Shown: piece after piece, positions 24,251 through 37,607 of the stretch | How the letters are laid out: each line of letters opens with the position of its first letter | How positions within the stretch are numbered: position 1 is the stretch's first letter | DNA from: Octopus sinensis | Taxonomy: Eukaryota | Direction: 5' to 3' | Assembly (NCBI RefSeq): GCF_006345805.1 | Contig: NC_043003.1 | Coordinates: 105,276,001-105,340,000 of the forward strand | Length of the DNA stretch: 64,000 nucleotides | Position numbers and translations under genes: made by a program | Notes under the pieces: model-generated | Database searches by the model: none | Seen by the model: the letters and a program-made list of their open reading frames with translations, nothing else | Told to the model about the DNA's origin: nothing

Positions 24251-24407
24251 GCTTTCCCAATTGAGTTCCTGAATTCTCTACAGCCATCTGGGATGCCACC
24301 ACACAACACTTAAAAAGGGGGCCCCAATCATGCTGCTAGAGAACCTGGATCCACCTCGCCTGTGCAAAGGCACCAGGCTGGTGGTGAAAGCAATGCAACC
24401 CCATGTC
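24251..24407 (+). mobile_element. Helitron PIF1-type helicase fragment in IPMK intron 2
   Basis: Reads FPIEFLNSLQPSGMPPHN / TLKKGAPIMLLENLDPPRLCKGTRLVVKAMQPHV across one frameshift; this is the standard Helitron helicase motif block. Confidence 0.85.
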
Positions 24408-25172
24408 TTCAGATTAGGAAAAGCAGAAAGTGAACTGAGATGATTTTGTAAAGTTAATATAAAGAATGTCTCATTGTCTTACTAATTAAAACTCACTCGT
24501 TATCCCTGGTAATGATGAGAAAAAGAGAAAGTTAATATGACAAGGATCTGATTAACAGGTTAATTTGAATTGAGGTTGAGCCTTTTTTTTGAAAGAAGAG
24601 AGGACAAACACAAACAAGTACAAAGTTCCAGAAAACAGCCGTTAAAAGGAAGACAGAAGGACGAGAGAAAAAGGCCATTACATACTGTGAAGTGATTAGG
24701 ATGAGAGGAAGGGAGGTGAGTGATGTTCATCTGTTGTGGCATAAATTTATATTTCTTTATTACCCACAAGGGGCTAAACACAGAGGGGACAAACAAGGAC
24801 AGACAAACGGACTAAGTCGATTACATCGACCCCAGTGCGTGACTGGTACTTAATTTATCGACCCTGAAAGAATGAAAGGCAAAGTCGACCTCGGCTGAAT
24901 TTGAACTCGGAACGTAATGACAGACGAAATATGGCTACGCATTTCGCCCGGCGTGCTAACGTTTCTGCCAGCTTGCCACCTTATTGTGGCATAAATTTAG
25001 TACATTTAGAAGGACAGAGACTGTTATTGTAGAATTAAGTATATATATATATATAGTAAAAGCAATTAAGATTCAAGTGAGTTCTGTTGAATTCACATGA
25101 ATGCGGTACTTAACTTAGATGCACCAGAAATTTATATGGTATTAACCATAAAATAATGTGGGGTGATTATAA

Positions 25173-25315
25173 ACAAGAAAAAAGCAACAAGAATGGATTA
25201 GTTTTTCAGTACAATTGTTTCATACGAAGAACAGCTTTATTAAAAGCTGCAAAAAGCTGTTCTTCGTATGAAACAATTGTACTGAAAAACTAATCCATTC
25301 TTGTTGCTTTTTTCT

Positions 25316-25318
<3 letters not shown>
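25173..25318. repeat. Palindrome with 66-bp arms and a 14-bp spacer
   Basis: 25173-25238 is the reverse complement of 25253-25318 with no mismatch seen. Confidence 0.93.
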
Positions 25319-25346
<28 letters not shown>

Positions 25347-25890
25347 CATAGCAGATGAGATCACAGTTAGATGATGAGGCAGCTGGCATGAAGTAACAGT
25401 TGACTAGCATCATAGTTTCTCGTGCAATTTTAAATTTAAACAATATGGGTGATTTGATAAATTTTACTTTTCTTCCTATCATATTGTAAATGAACAGGTG
25501 TGGCTGTGTGGTAAGAAGTTTGCTTCACAACCACATGGTTTTGGGTTCAGTCCCATCCCATAGCACCTCAGTCAAGTATCTTCTGCAATAGCCGCAAGTT
25601 GACCAAAACCCTTGTGAGTGAATTTGGTAGAAGGAAACTGAAAGAATCCTGTCGTATGCATGTGTGTTTTCAGTTGACAACCAGAGTTGGTTTGTTTACA
25701 TTTCTGTAACTTAACAGTTCTACAAAACAAGTTGAGAGAATAAGGACCAAACTTAAGAAGTCTGTGCGGGAGTCAATTTGTTCGACTAAAACCCTTCAAA
25801 GCAGTGCCCCAGTATGGCCACAGTCCAATAACTGAAACCAAGTAAAAGGTTAAAGATAAACAAATGCATAAAACAAAAAAAAAGGCTTAC

Positions 25891-26076
25891 CATCAGGGAA
25901 AATATCGAATTTGCAAGTGCCATAGAAGTACGGTAAGAAGTCCTTCAAGCGTCTGAGGATGGGATCTGACTCAGCCTTTTCATCAAAGACAGTCTGGTAA
26001 AAATTTAGTTCACGACGACCCCGTGGTGGGAGTTGGATGAGTTTCAGTAAAGTCTTATCCTTTGTCTGAAGGAAAG
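25891..26076 (-). CDS. IPMK: IPMK coding exon 2: FLQTKDKTLLKLIQLPPRGRRELNFYQTVF...FLPYFYG...FPD
   Basis: ttttgtag acceptor and G|GTAAGC donor; 186 bp, phase 1-1. LK..Q.PPRG.RE..FY and LP.YYG-like motifs. Confidence 0.93.
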
Positions 26077-26127
26077 CTACAAAAGGAATACACAACATGA
26101 AAAAGGCACATTTTATACATTGGTGCA

Positions 26128-26158
<31 letters not shown>

Positions 26159-28451
26159 TCATACCTGGATTCATTGCCCCCATTAAACGTTTAACACCCA
26201 CTTTTCCATATCCTGCACCGATCAAATAGAATTTGTTGAGGCATGTTTTTTTTTTTTTATGGCTGGATGCTTTGCCTGCCACCAACCCTCAGCTGTCTTC
26301 TCCAAGTAAGGTAAGATTTTCCCAAAGATAGACAGTTTTCACAGTAGACAAGAAATGAACAGCATTGCTTGTATGACATCTAGACAAGGGTACATGCACA
26401 CACACACACACACATACACACACAGTTTCTGTCTAGTAATTCCACTTGCAAGGTTTTGGTCAGTTTATAACTAAAATAGAAGACAATTGCCCAATGTGCC
26501 AAGTTGTGGGACTGAACCCAAGACCACATGGTTGAGAAGTAAGCCTTTTGACCACATAACTACACCTGAAGATATATATACATACAAACGTACATATCTA
26601 CATACATGTGTGTGTGTGTGTGTGTGTACACAAATATTAATGTTTGCTTTTATGCTGAGCTATAAAAACAAATTTACATTAAACTGAAAGATCACTCTAT
26701 AGTTTTTGTTGAGTATTTATTATACTTTTACAAGAAGAGTGCTAACAGTGACTTCAAAATTTTGGCCTGCTGGCCTTCATTAGACTGTTATACATTTAAG
26801 TTCATCTTGGCTGTATGTAATCCTTAGTAAAGTTTATTTTTGCCTGGAGTGAGTAAAGGTGTGTTCAATGATAATTAGTTGTAAGTTCTGATAGAAAGAT
26901 ATTATAGAAAGTTTCTTTTGTTTGAAGTTGGAGATGTATTATTGTTCAGAGTTCAATCATGAATCTCCTAATCTTTCTTTTACTTGTTTCAGTCACTAGA
27001 TTGCAGTCATGCTGGGGCACTGCTTTGAAGGGTTTTAGTCAAATATTTTGAACCCAGTACTTATTCTTTTTTAAGTTTGGTACTCATTCAATTAGTCTCT
27101 TCAGCTGAACAACTAAGTTACAGGAATATAAACAAACCAGTACCAATTTTCAAACAGTGGTAGGAGACAAACACAAACACACACATCTATATACATATAC
27201 ATGACAGGTTTCTTTCAGTTTCCAACTACCAAATCCACTCATAGAGCTTTAATTGGCCACGGGCTTAAGTAGAAGACACTTGCCCCAGGTCCCATGCAGT
27301 GGGACTGAACCCTGAACCATATGGTTGGGAAGTAAACTTCTTACCACAGAGCCACACCTGCAAAACTTTGTAATCAGGTGTGTCTATTTATGCATGTCAG
27401 TTTCCAGTCTTAGGTTGTTTTTAGGGTTCACAAAAGAAAATGAAGAGATGAAACCTTTAATTGGCCAGTATGTAACTAGATTTAATTGTTGTTGATGTTA
27501 TTTGGATACTATTTTGGAGATTTAACACATCTGTTTTGGGATGATGGAGGTTACTGTTCAGAGTTCAGTCAAGCATGTGAAACTAAAGGCTAAAACCAAG
27601 GCCCATACATACAACTGAAGCTTCAGAATCTTTCCATCTTACTCTCTAAATGGAAGCTGTCTCGTAAGTAATACTGCTTTTAGCACAGCTCTATACCATC
27701 TGCTACATCCACATACACAGGGTCTATAGCAAACCAATTCAAGTCACAATACAACCAACACACAAATGTTTTCAACTCAAACAGGAAAAAATGACACCTC
27801 ACTATCAAAACATATATGGACACTTAAAACCAAAGGATAAACTATTTAGTATTAGTTGGAAAATACTGTCAAAAGCACAACCATAGCAAGGAAATAACAA
27901 GCCCTTCCAATGGATCCTACTACATTCTCGAATTTAAGAATCAAATACTGAACTGTGAATTAGTCCCTTCCAGCAAACAAAATTCACAAAACACTAAGAT
28001 ATTTCAAGCTAATAGTTTTCAAATAAACACACAAATAAATAGACTTAAATATATCCCATACATATATATAAATACACACACATAGAATTATCCAAAAACA
28101 CATAATATAATATGTTATAAATGCCATTAGAAATACTCAAACTTAAAATGTCAATAGAAGAAATATAATGACGTCATCCACAATGTTTACTTTCCTAAAA
28201 CTCAAAGCTTAAATTTTCTACATAATAATCAAGTATCAACAATAAGAAAATGCTAATTAGGAATCTTCTGACCAATTAATTTTTCCACCCACTTAAATTC
28301 TTTTGTGAACCCTTAAAATACAGAATATCAAATGTCTACACAAAAAAACCAGCGTGACCTAAACCTGACACATCTAAATAGAACAACTACAAGTGTCCTC
28401 TGCATTTAAACAAAATGTGCAACCAAATAAAAAGAAAATAATTCAACTTAC

Positions 28452-28560
28452 GTATTACGTTGTTCTTTTGATTCACAAGGTGCCCGGCTACTTGGTGATC
28501 CAAAAGTTTTGTTCCAGGTGGCAGCTGACGGAAATTGTTGTCGGACTGAGTCGTAGCCAT
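28452..28560 (-). CDS. IPMK: IPMK coding exon 1: MATTQSDNNFRQLPPGTKLLDHQVAGHLVNQKNNVI(P)
   Basis: ATG in strong context (AATCATGG), HQVAGH motif of inositol phosphate kinases, C|GTAAGT donor; 109 bp, phase 1. Not in the ORF track. Confidence 0.92.
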
Positions 28561-28729
28561 GATTCAACATTAAAGCAGTTTGGAGTTTTACCACCAATGT
28601 GAACCAGGTGGAAACTTCACGAATATAAGAAAAATCTACAATAACAACAAAATAATAACAAAAATAATAACAAAAGAAAAAGAAATAGAAAACAATCGTC
28701 AGAAAAATAAATGTTCATTCCGGGGGGGG

Positions 28730-28884
28730 GGGGGGACTGAGAGTATTAAGGGCCCTCGGGCATAACTGTTTACCGGGCCCCTTAGCATTGATATCAAAGT
28801 AGAGTTAACATGTAGAGTGTAGGCCCCTCAGAGTTCTGGACCTTTGGGCAGTGCCCGATTGACCGACACCTCAGTCTGCCCCAG
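28730..28884. mobile_element. GC-rich MITE upstream of IPMK coding exon 1
   Basis: Inverted termini ggggggactgag / ctcagtctgcccc. Confidence 0.45.
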
Positions 28885-30894
28885 GTTCATTCTAATTTCA
28901 AAAAAAGGGGGTTGAAATGGCAGAATTATAAGTGTGCTGGTCAGCAGCATTTCCTTCCAGTTCTTTACACTCTGAGTTCAAATTCTGCCGAAGGAAGCCA
29001 ACTTTTGGGGTTGACAAAATAAATACCAGTTGAGCACTGGGGTTGATGTAAATGATTAGACCCCCCACCACCTTCCCTAGAATTGCTGGCCTTGTGCCAG
29101 TATTTGGAACCATTTTAATTCCAGTATTTCATTTAATTTGAGAATGGAGTGGAGTGAATGATGTGATTGCAGAGTACTGAAAGCAGATGTTGCACGGGGG
29201 CCGGGTATGTTGCAAGGTTCACAAATGGGTTGGTGCGTGCAGTTGCAAAGTGTTACCTAGGAGACTGGAAAAGACCACATGGAAGGCCCTCCACAACAAA
29301 TGGGGAGGCAATTTAGTTAAGTAGTTTGGATCAAGATGGAAAAGAATGACACAACTCTGAGTTGGCAGAAACAAACAGTCACCAGCAGCGTGGAACAGTA
29401 TCTGATGGTCTGGTCATCATCATTGTTTAACGTCCACTTTCCATGCTAGCATGGGTTGGACTATTTAGACTGAGGGCTGGCGAATCAGATGGCTGCACCA
29501 GGCTTCAATCTTGACCTGGCAGAGTTTCTACAGCTGGATGCCCTTCCTAACGCCAACCACTCCGAGAGTGTAGTGGGTGCTTTTTACGTGCCACCAGCAC
29601 TGTGATTTTATTTCCCAATGTCAGTTGTCTGAGTTCAATTCTTCACTTCCACTGCTGTCAGCTTTTCTTTTGACCTTTTTAAAATGTCAAGAAATACAAT
29701 CCCAGTCAAGTAGTGAAGTTGGGTTTCTCGTTTCTCTTGGATTTTGCTGATGTGAGAAGAGTCAAGAGAAACTACTCACAGCATCTCTTTCTCCAGAAAT
29801 GAAGACAAGTTGAGGGAAGTGAAAGGGGGAGGGAGCAATGAGTTCTCGGAAAATCTGATTTGCTACAGGAACTGTCCAAGAACAGATTGATGGGTATTAC
29901 AGCATGGAATGGAAATACAGAATTGCACCGTTAGCGATAGCATTGTGTTCTCTTTGTTTCTATCACTTTACGATACGACCAATGATTTTCTTTTCTTTTT
30001 TTAAATGGAAAGAATACAATAGTATTTGTTGTTGTTGTTGTTTAAGGCCAAGGTTGGTAGTGACTAACCAATGATCAAAGCTGTTCCAGCAGTAATCATA
30101 TCTTTCCATACAAATTAATTGATAAACATGCCCTCCCTTTTTTAAAAAGTAGAGCTACAGGAATTAAGCAGATATATTTTGTGGATTGAACAATCACTAA
30201 GAGGATCCTTTGTTGGATCAAGGAACAGTACCTATTCCCTAAATAAAGGCATGAAAGATGCCTACAATGGATTTGAACTTGAAACTCTGGAGCCAATATT
30301 TGAAAAGAATATCTATTTGACCAATTTGCTTCTACCACTGGATAAATTACAAAGGAACAATAAAACCCCTAAAACCCCTGCAATGAATCGACAATCTACA
30401 AAAAGAATTGAAACTGAATAAGAAATATTCTTTCCTCAATGATTGAAATGAAAAATGAAATCAATCAACTTAAGGTTGATTAATTAGCAGAATCATCAGC
30501 TCAGTGGATAACCTACCTGCAATAATTAGAGTTGCTTATGTTCCAAGTTCAAATAGTCCTTGGGTCAACTTTTCTTTTTGTTCTTCTAAGGATAACAAAA
30601 TAAAATATCAGTCAATTACTGCGGTTGATTTAACATTCCTTTAAAGTATTCTGGACGAAAAGGGAATTGCAATGGAATCCAGGAACTTAAGCAGCCGTTA
30701 ATTTTAAAATGAATTAAATTAGTATGTGCAGGTGTGACTGTGTGGTAAGAATTTTGTTTCCCAATAACATGGTTTTGGGTTCAGTCCCACTGTGTGACTG
30801 TGTGGGACTTTGGGAAGGTATTGTCTACTATAGCCTCAGGCCAACCAAAGCCTTGAGTGTGGATGTGGTAGACAGAAATTGAAAGAAGCCAGTC

Positions 30895-30908
30895 GTGTGT
30901 GTGTGTGT

Positions 30909-30964
<56 letters not shown>
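30895..30964. repeat. (GT)n microsatellite
   Basis: About 70 bp of near-perfect GT. Confidence 0.95.
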
Positions 30965-30967
<3 letters not shown>

Positions 30968-32561
30968 GCTAAAATAATTTTATCATGAAGAACATTTTAG
31001 TACTGGTTTCAGTCTTTGTGACTTTTTCAACTTAGGGTAATTTTCAAATACAAGGGATATTCCCCCTTTTTGCTGTCTATCTTTATCTCTTTTTTACTCT
31101 TGTGAAGGCTTGGTAGTAGGTAATAGCAGTCCTAAAAGGATATTTGATTGGTTTTGATTGTTTAAGCAACAGTAGTAGCCAAGGAAGGAGGTGGTGAAGA
31201 AGAAGAGGGAGTAGGAAAAGAAGAAAAAGAATAATAAAAATACGTGAGTGGTATGACAGTAGTAGGATGTTGATAGAATCCTCTTAAATGGTCAAGTGAC
31301 CTAAAAGTGACCTGTTGTGGTGGTAATAGTAGTGACTGGAATTATTGATGTGTTTATGTCCCCAAAACTTAGTAAGAAAAGCTTAAAAGAAAACAAAATT
31401 CTGTGGTTGATTTGTTTGACTAAAATTCTTCAAGGCGGTGCCCCAGCATGGCCACAGTTTAATGAGTGAAACAGGTAAAGGATTTTCTATAAAGTATATT
31501 TAATAAGAATATTTCAATTTGGTTAACAGCTGAGATTTGGCTGAGTTAAATGAAAAAATGTCTGAAGTTCTAAATGCAAAAATATTTATGATGAAATAAA
31601 ACAATGTGTCATTATAACATTTGTAAAAGAGAAAAATAAACCATTTTAGAAAAATTTGATGTTTAGAACATTAAAACGGTGAATATGGTTTTAATATTTA
31701 CACACCAGTACCTCTTTTATATAACTAGAATGTCAGTAAAAGATAGTTTGAGCTACTACAAATAGAAGTCAAATTTTACTCAAACTACAGTGGAGAAGGC
31801 TAGCCACCAGACTTGGTTAAAAAGAGACGATGAGCAATGGCTAGAAGAATATTCAGCTTTATTTGATAACCAGCTGATCTAGCAAGCAGGGTCTCATATC
31901 AGTGAGGGGGGCCGGTGTGCATTGATGCCGTCGAGAGGTAAGCCCCGAAATGGCGTGCATTCTCTCCTGATGACCCCATACACTTGCTGGGTTCCAGTAT
32001 GCTGGGTTTTTGACTGGTAGCACTTGCAAGTTGTTTGCAAGATATCTAGAACATTGAAACAGTGTATATGGTTTTAATATTTACACACCTGTACATCTTT
32101 TATATTTTTATATAACTAGAATGCCAGTAAGAGATAGTTTGAGCTACTACGAATAGAAGTCAAATTTTACTAAAAGAACACCCAATAATATTAAAAAGAA
32201 AGCGAGGAAATCAATAATGAAAATCTAGAATTGGACTGAACGACTCGACAATTTTTATTTTAAGCTGTTCTCACATTTCTAAACAGACTAACAACTATCA
32301 ATGTAGATAGATAATACAGACTGCTACCGCAGTTGTGCCTATTGTTGACTCACTCTGCATACCTATAAATAGGTTCCATGAGTAAGTACATCTTACGACT
32401 GTAAAGAGCAGCCACATTGTTTAATACCTGAGTAAATTGTGAGCTGATAGTCTCCCCAAGGATGCAGAAAAAAGCTCAAAGACTCAGCCGTGGTTCTGAG
32501 TCTTCTGAATGTTTCAGTCAATCTTACTATTGATTTGGTTTTCAACAGTGTTGGTCGGGTG

Positions 32562-35500
32562 GAAGAGACTGTATCACAGATCTTTACAGACCCTCCAACA
32601 CTGGTGAGATTGATATAGTTGATGTCTGTAGGAAAAACATGAGTAGGAATGGAATTCTAGAAGGGGTGATGTTTTGGGGAAGAAAGATTGGATTTAGTGG
32701 TAGGTGGGGAGGGGAAGAGAGATAGATGATGTATAAAGTGGCTTTATGGGAGGGGTTTGGAACTATTTAATCCAAAGAAACAGAAGTAGGTGTAGTAGTG
32801 AGCAGAATGAGGAGACTGAGAATCTGTGGCCTGGAGATTGTAGGATGCTTATGAGTGGGTCTTAGGAAAAACCTTAACACATCTTTACCACCATCTTCTC
32901 CCTTTTTCCAGTTGGGGTAACCATGCATCTCCCCTACAGCAAGACACCTATTTCTATCTCTCTGTCATCACTTGGAATAAAGCCACCATCCTCAACTCTA
33001 CTCCACCCCTTTCAGATGAGGGGGTCCTGTCACGCAAATCACTTGGTGACCTCACTGGTGCTGGTGCTACATGAAAAGCACCCAGTCCACTCTGTAAAGT
33101 GGCTGATGCTAGGAAGGACATCCAGCCACAGAATCTATAACAAAATAGATCTTGGAGTTTGGCACAATTCTCTAGCTTGCCAACTCCAGTCAAACCATTT
33201 AACCCATGCCAGCATGGAAAATGGACATTAAATGATGATAACAATGGATGGCTTTGTTTTTAATGTGGCCCAGGATGTCCGTGTGTTGAATAGCAATAAC
33301 AGTCCAGATGTGGAAACAATACTCCATTACTAAAGTTTGGAAGAGAGTCACAATTGATCAAAGTTGAAGTATCCGTAGGTACAGGAGTGGTGTGTTAATC
33401 TTTGCAGTTTATGAAATGTGAAGGTGGAATCACTGGAAAGATTGCAAGGTCCAGCAATCTTTGTAGGGACTTTGAGGATTTTAACTGCACATTAACCAAT
33501 GAAAGTATAATATAAGTTTGGATATATATATATATAGAGAAAAAGAGAGGGAGAGAGAGAGAGACAGCGGGGGAGTCAATTCAAGGTTACGTTATCCTTA
33601 TTAGGGATTAATAAATCCAAAATTTCACTAGTTTAATCTCCATCACATTAGAAGAAAATTTCTATGTTGTGTTAAGGATTATAATAATTAAACTTAATAA
33701 TATAAGAAAATGGCGAGATAAAAATGTGTATTCAGTTTATTTTCATCGTACTTTGTTTTTAGGATATAAATACAAACAAATTTCTTTTTTTGAAAAAAAA
33801 ATTTATTTGTATTTATATCACAGAGGCAAGGTGGCTGAGTTTCTTTCGAGTGTTGGGCCTCGAGGACTCAATGACCAAGACTTTTGGCATTATGTTGTAC
33901 TTGAGAAGAGGACCCATCAAGCTGAGCAAAAATGCAGTCATGGCAGATACTAATATCACCCAAATGGCACCCGTGCCAGTGGCACGTAAAAGCACTCATT
34001 ACACTCTCAGGGTGGTTGGCATTAGGAAGGGCATCTAGCCATAGAAAACCATGCCAAATCAGACTGGATCTTGGTGCAGCCCAGTCAAACCATTCCAGCA
34101 TGGACAACGGACGTTAAATGATGATGATGATCTTAAAACAAACTATGGCGCAAATAAATGGAATACACATATTCATCTCTCCATTTTCTTCATCATCATC
34201 ATCATTGTTTAACGTCCGCTTTCCATGGGGTGGATGATTTGACTGAGGACTAGCGAACCAGATGGCTGCACCAGGCTCCAATCTGATCTGGCAGAGTTTC
34301 TACAGCTGGATGCCCTTCCTAACGCCAACCACTCCAAGACTGTAGTGGGAGCTTTTACATGCCACTAGCATGGGAGCCAGTCAGGCGGCACTGGCAACGG
34401 CTACACTCAAATGGTATTTTTATGTGCCACCTGCACAGAAGCCTGTCCAGCGACACTGGCAATGACCTCGCTCAAATGTTTTTCACGTGCCACCAGCACA
34501 GCTGCTAGTAAGGCGACACAGGTAACGATCACGCTTGAAGGCCAGCTTCTTGCTCTGGCCCCGTATGGTACTCTTAGCGCTCCACTAGCACGGATGCCAG
34601 TCATCGAATTTGATTTCAATTTCACTTGCCTCAACAAGTCTTTGCAAGCAGAGTTCAGTGTCCAATGAAGGAAAGGTACGCATAAGTGGGCTGGTTACAC
34701 CCCTGGCATAGGCCACAAGGTTATGGTCTCACTTGCGCTTGCCAAGTCTTCTCAAGCACAGCATATTTCTAAAGGTCCTGGTCACTAGTCATTGCCTCGG
34801 TGAGGCCCAGTGTTTGAAGGTCATGCTTCACCACCTCATCCCAGGTCTTCCTAGGTCTACCTCTTCCACAGGTTCTCTCAACTGCTAGGGTGTGGCACTT
34901 TTTCACACAGCTGTCCTCATCCATTCTCGCCACATGACCATACCAGCGCAATCATCTCTCTTGCACACCACATCGAATGCTTCTTATGTCCAACTTTTCT
35001 CTCAAGGTACTTACACTCTATCGAGTATGCACACTGACATTACACATCCAATGGAGCATACTGGCTTCATTCCTTGTGAGCTTACACATGTCTTCAGCTG
35101 TCATGGCCAATGTTTCACTGCCATGTAGCATGGCTGTTCGTACACATGCATCATACAGTCTACCTTTTACTCTGAGTGACAGGCCCTTTGTCACCAGCAG
35201 AGGTAAGAGCTCTATGAACTTTGCCCAGGCAATTCTTATTCTATAAATTTAACTATATGTGTGTGTGTATGTATACATCTATGTGTGTGTCTGTGTTTGT
35301 CCCCTACCACGGCTTGATAACCAGCTTTAGTGTGTTTACCTTTCTATAACTTAGCAGTTTGGCAAAAAGAGAAGGACAGGATAAGTACTAGGCTTCAAAA
35401 AATGACAAGTCTAAGGGTCGATTTGTTCAACTAAGATCCTTCAAGTCAGTGCCCCAGCATGGCCACAGTCAACTGACTGAAACAATTAAAAGGTATAAAA

Positions 35501-37331
35501 CTCACGATATTTTAGTAGAATATTTCAACTGAAAGTGTTTCTGCACTGATCGATCCCCACAGAATCCAAAGAATATTTACAGGAGACACAATTACTTGAA
35601 CAAAAACAGCAAGGCTTGGGTGAGGGAACTTAACAACATTCCAACCAACCCTAGAATATTAAACTACTTCCTTCCTAGCAAATCAAAGGGCTTCAAGAGG
35701 CAGCTTAACTAAAAATGATAAACAAATCTCCTTCAAATTGAACTTTATTATCTTGAATAGAAACAGGACACAGACCTAATTTTCTTAATTGTTTTTAGAC
35801 TAAAAGCTCTTAAGGGGAGATTTTATCTACAAATTGCTTGGATAATCTTGGCTGACTGAAATTTTTCCATTCACTCATGGCTCCAAGGACAGGGGATGTA
35901 AGGCGTGCAAGTGCACCTGCTAGAATTTTTGTAGGGCGAAAAATCAAACTTCTGTTTCTCCAAGAACGTAAAATAAAAAATAAATTAAAAAAAACAATAA
36001 GACCTTGTTTGTAAAAATTTTTGGACCTGAGTTTGCAGCCCCTAAGCAAATTTCATTTCTGAGCCAGTGCAATGTTACCTTGACAGATATTTCCTTCCAT
36101 CATATTGATATTCATTATCACTACTTTCCCCATATATCATCATCATCATCCGTTAACATCTGTTAACATATTTATCTCGCCATTTTCTTATATTATTAAG
36201 TTTAATTATTATAATCCTTAACACAACATAGAAATTTTCTTCTAATGTGATGGAGATTAAACTAGTGAAATTTTGGATTTATTAATCCCTAATAAGGATA
36301 ACGTAACCTTGAATTGACTCCCCCCCTGTCTCTCTCTCTCTCCCTCTCTCTCTCTCTATATATATATATATCCAAACTTATATTATACTTTCATTGGTTA
36401 ATGTGCAGTTAAAATCCTCAAAGTCCCTACAAAGATTGCTGGACCTTGCAATCTTTCCAGTGATTCCACCTTCACATTTCATAAACTGCAAAGATTAACA
36501 CACCACTCCTGTACCTACGGATACTTCAACTTTGATCAATTGTGACTCTCTTCCAAACTTTAGTAATGGAGTATTGTTTCCACATCTGGACTGTTATTGC
36601 TATTCAACACACGGACATCCTGGGCCACATTAAAAACAAAGCCATCCATTGTTATCATCATTTAATGTCCATTTTTCATGCTGGCATGGGTTAAATGGTT
36701 TGACTGGAGTTGGCAAGCTAGAGAATTGTGCCAAACTCCAAGATCTATTTTGTTATAGATTCTGTGGCTGGATGTCCTTCCTAGCATCAGCCACTTTACA
36801 GAGTGGACTGGGTGCTTTTCATGTAGCACCAGCACCAGTGAGGTCACCAAGTGATTTGCGTGACAGGACCCCCTCATCTGAAAGGGGTGGAGTAGAGTTA
36901 AGGATGGTGGCTTTATTCCAAGTGATGACAGAGAGATAGAAATAGGTGTCTTGCTGTAGGGGAGATGCATGGTTACCCCAACTGGAAAAAGGGAGAAGAT
37001 GGTGGTAAAGATGTGTTAAGGTTTTTCCTAAGACCCACTCATAAGCATCCTACAATCTCCGGGCCACAGATTCTCAGTCTCCTCATTCTGCTCACTACTA
37101 CACCTACTTCTGTTTCTTTGGATTAAATAGTTCCAAACCCCTCCCATAAAGCCACTTTATACATCATCTATCTCTCTTCCCCTCCCCATCTACCACTAAA
37201 TCCAATCTTTCTTCCCCAAAACATCACCCCTTCTAGAATTCCATTCCTACTCATGTTTTTCCTACAGACATCAACTATATCAATCTCACCAGTGTTGGAG
37301 GGTCTGTAAAGATCTGTGATACAGTCTCTTC
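32562..37331. repeat. Inverted duplication: arms 32562-33722 and 36171-37331 (1161 bp each), 2448-bp spacer
   Basis: Arms match by eye end to end with only a handful of substitutions and microsatellite differences; no TSD at the outer ends. Confidence 0.93.
34189..35245 (-). mobile_element. 5'-truncated RTE copy
   Basis: Peptide RWYGHVARMDEDSCVKKCHTLAVERTCGRGRPRKTWDEVV plus the 3' UTR and tail. Confidence 0.85.
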
Positions 37332-37607
37332 TATTTATGATTGATCTTTCAAAATATTTTCTTTCTCAACTTACTCAAGATCTTTTGTTGTTTATAAATG
37401 GGAGAGAGATAGATAGAGAAAGATAGAGAGTAAGAGAAAGCGAGGGAGAGTCCGGGAGAAAGGAAGAGTAAGAGAGTGGGAAAGTGAGAGAGAAAGGAGA
37501 GAGAAACAAAGAGGGAGAATGAGGTGATAAAAAACAGAATGGAAGCAACAGAAAGTAACAATCACACTCTTACCCGCGCGTAGAGCGGGTCACCTTAAGC
37601 TAGTATA

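Noticed and set aside
30179-30421. 80-aa ORF MWIEQSLRG...
   Set aside because: No motif or splice support; probably a decayed repeat.
32346-32387. AP-1 site, TATAAATA and GTAAGT on +
   Set aside because: The donor is only about 10 nt after the TATA box, too close for a first exon; such motifs are common in AT-rich DNA.
32562-37331. Inverted duplication read as a giant TIR transposon
   Set aside because: No target-site duplication, no transposase, and the arms contain ordinary older repeats.
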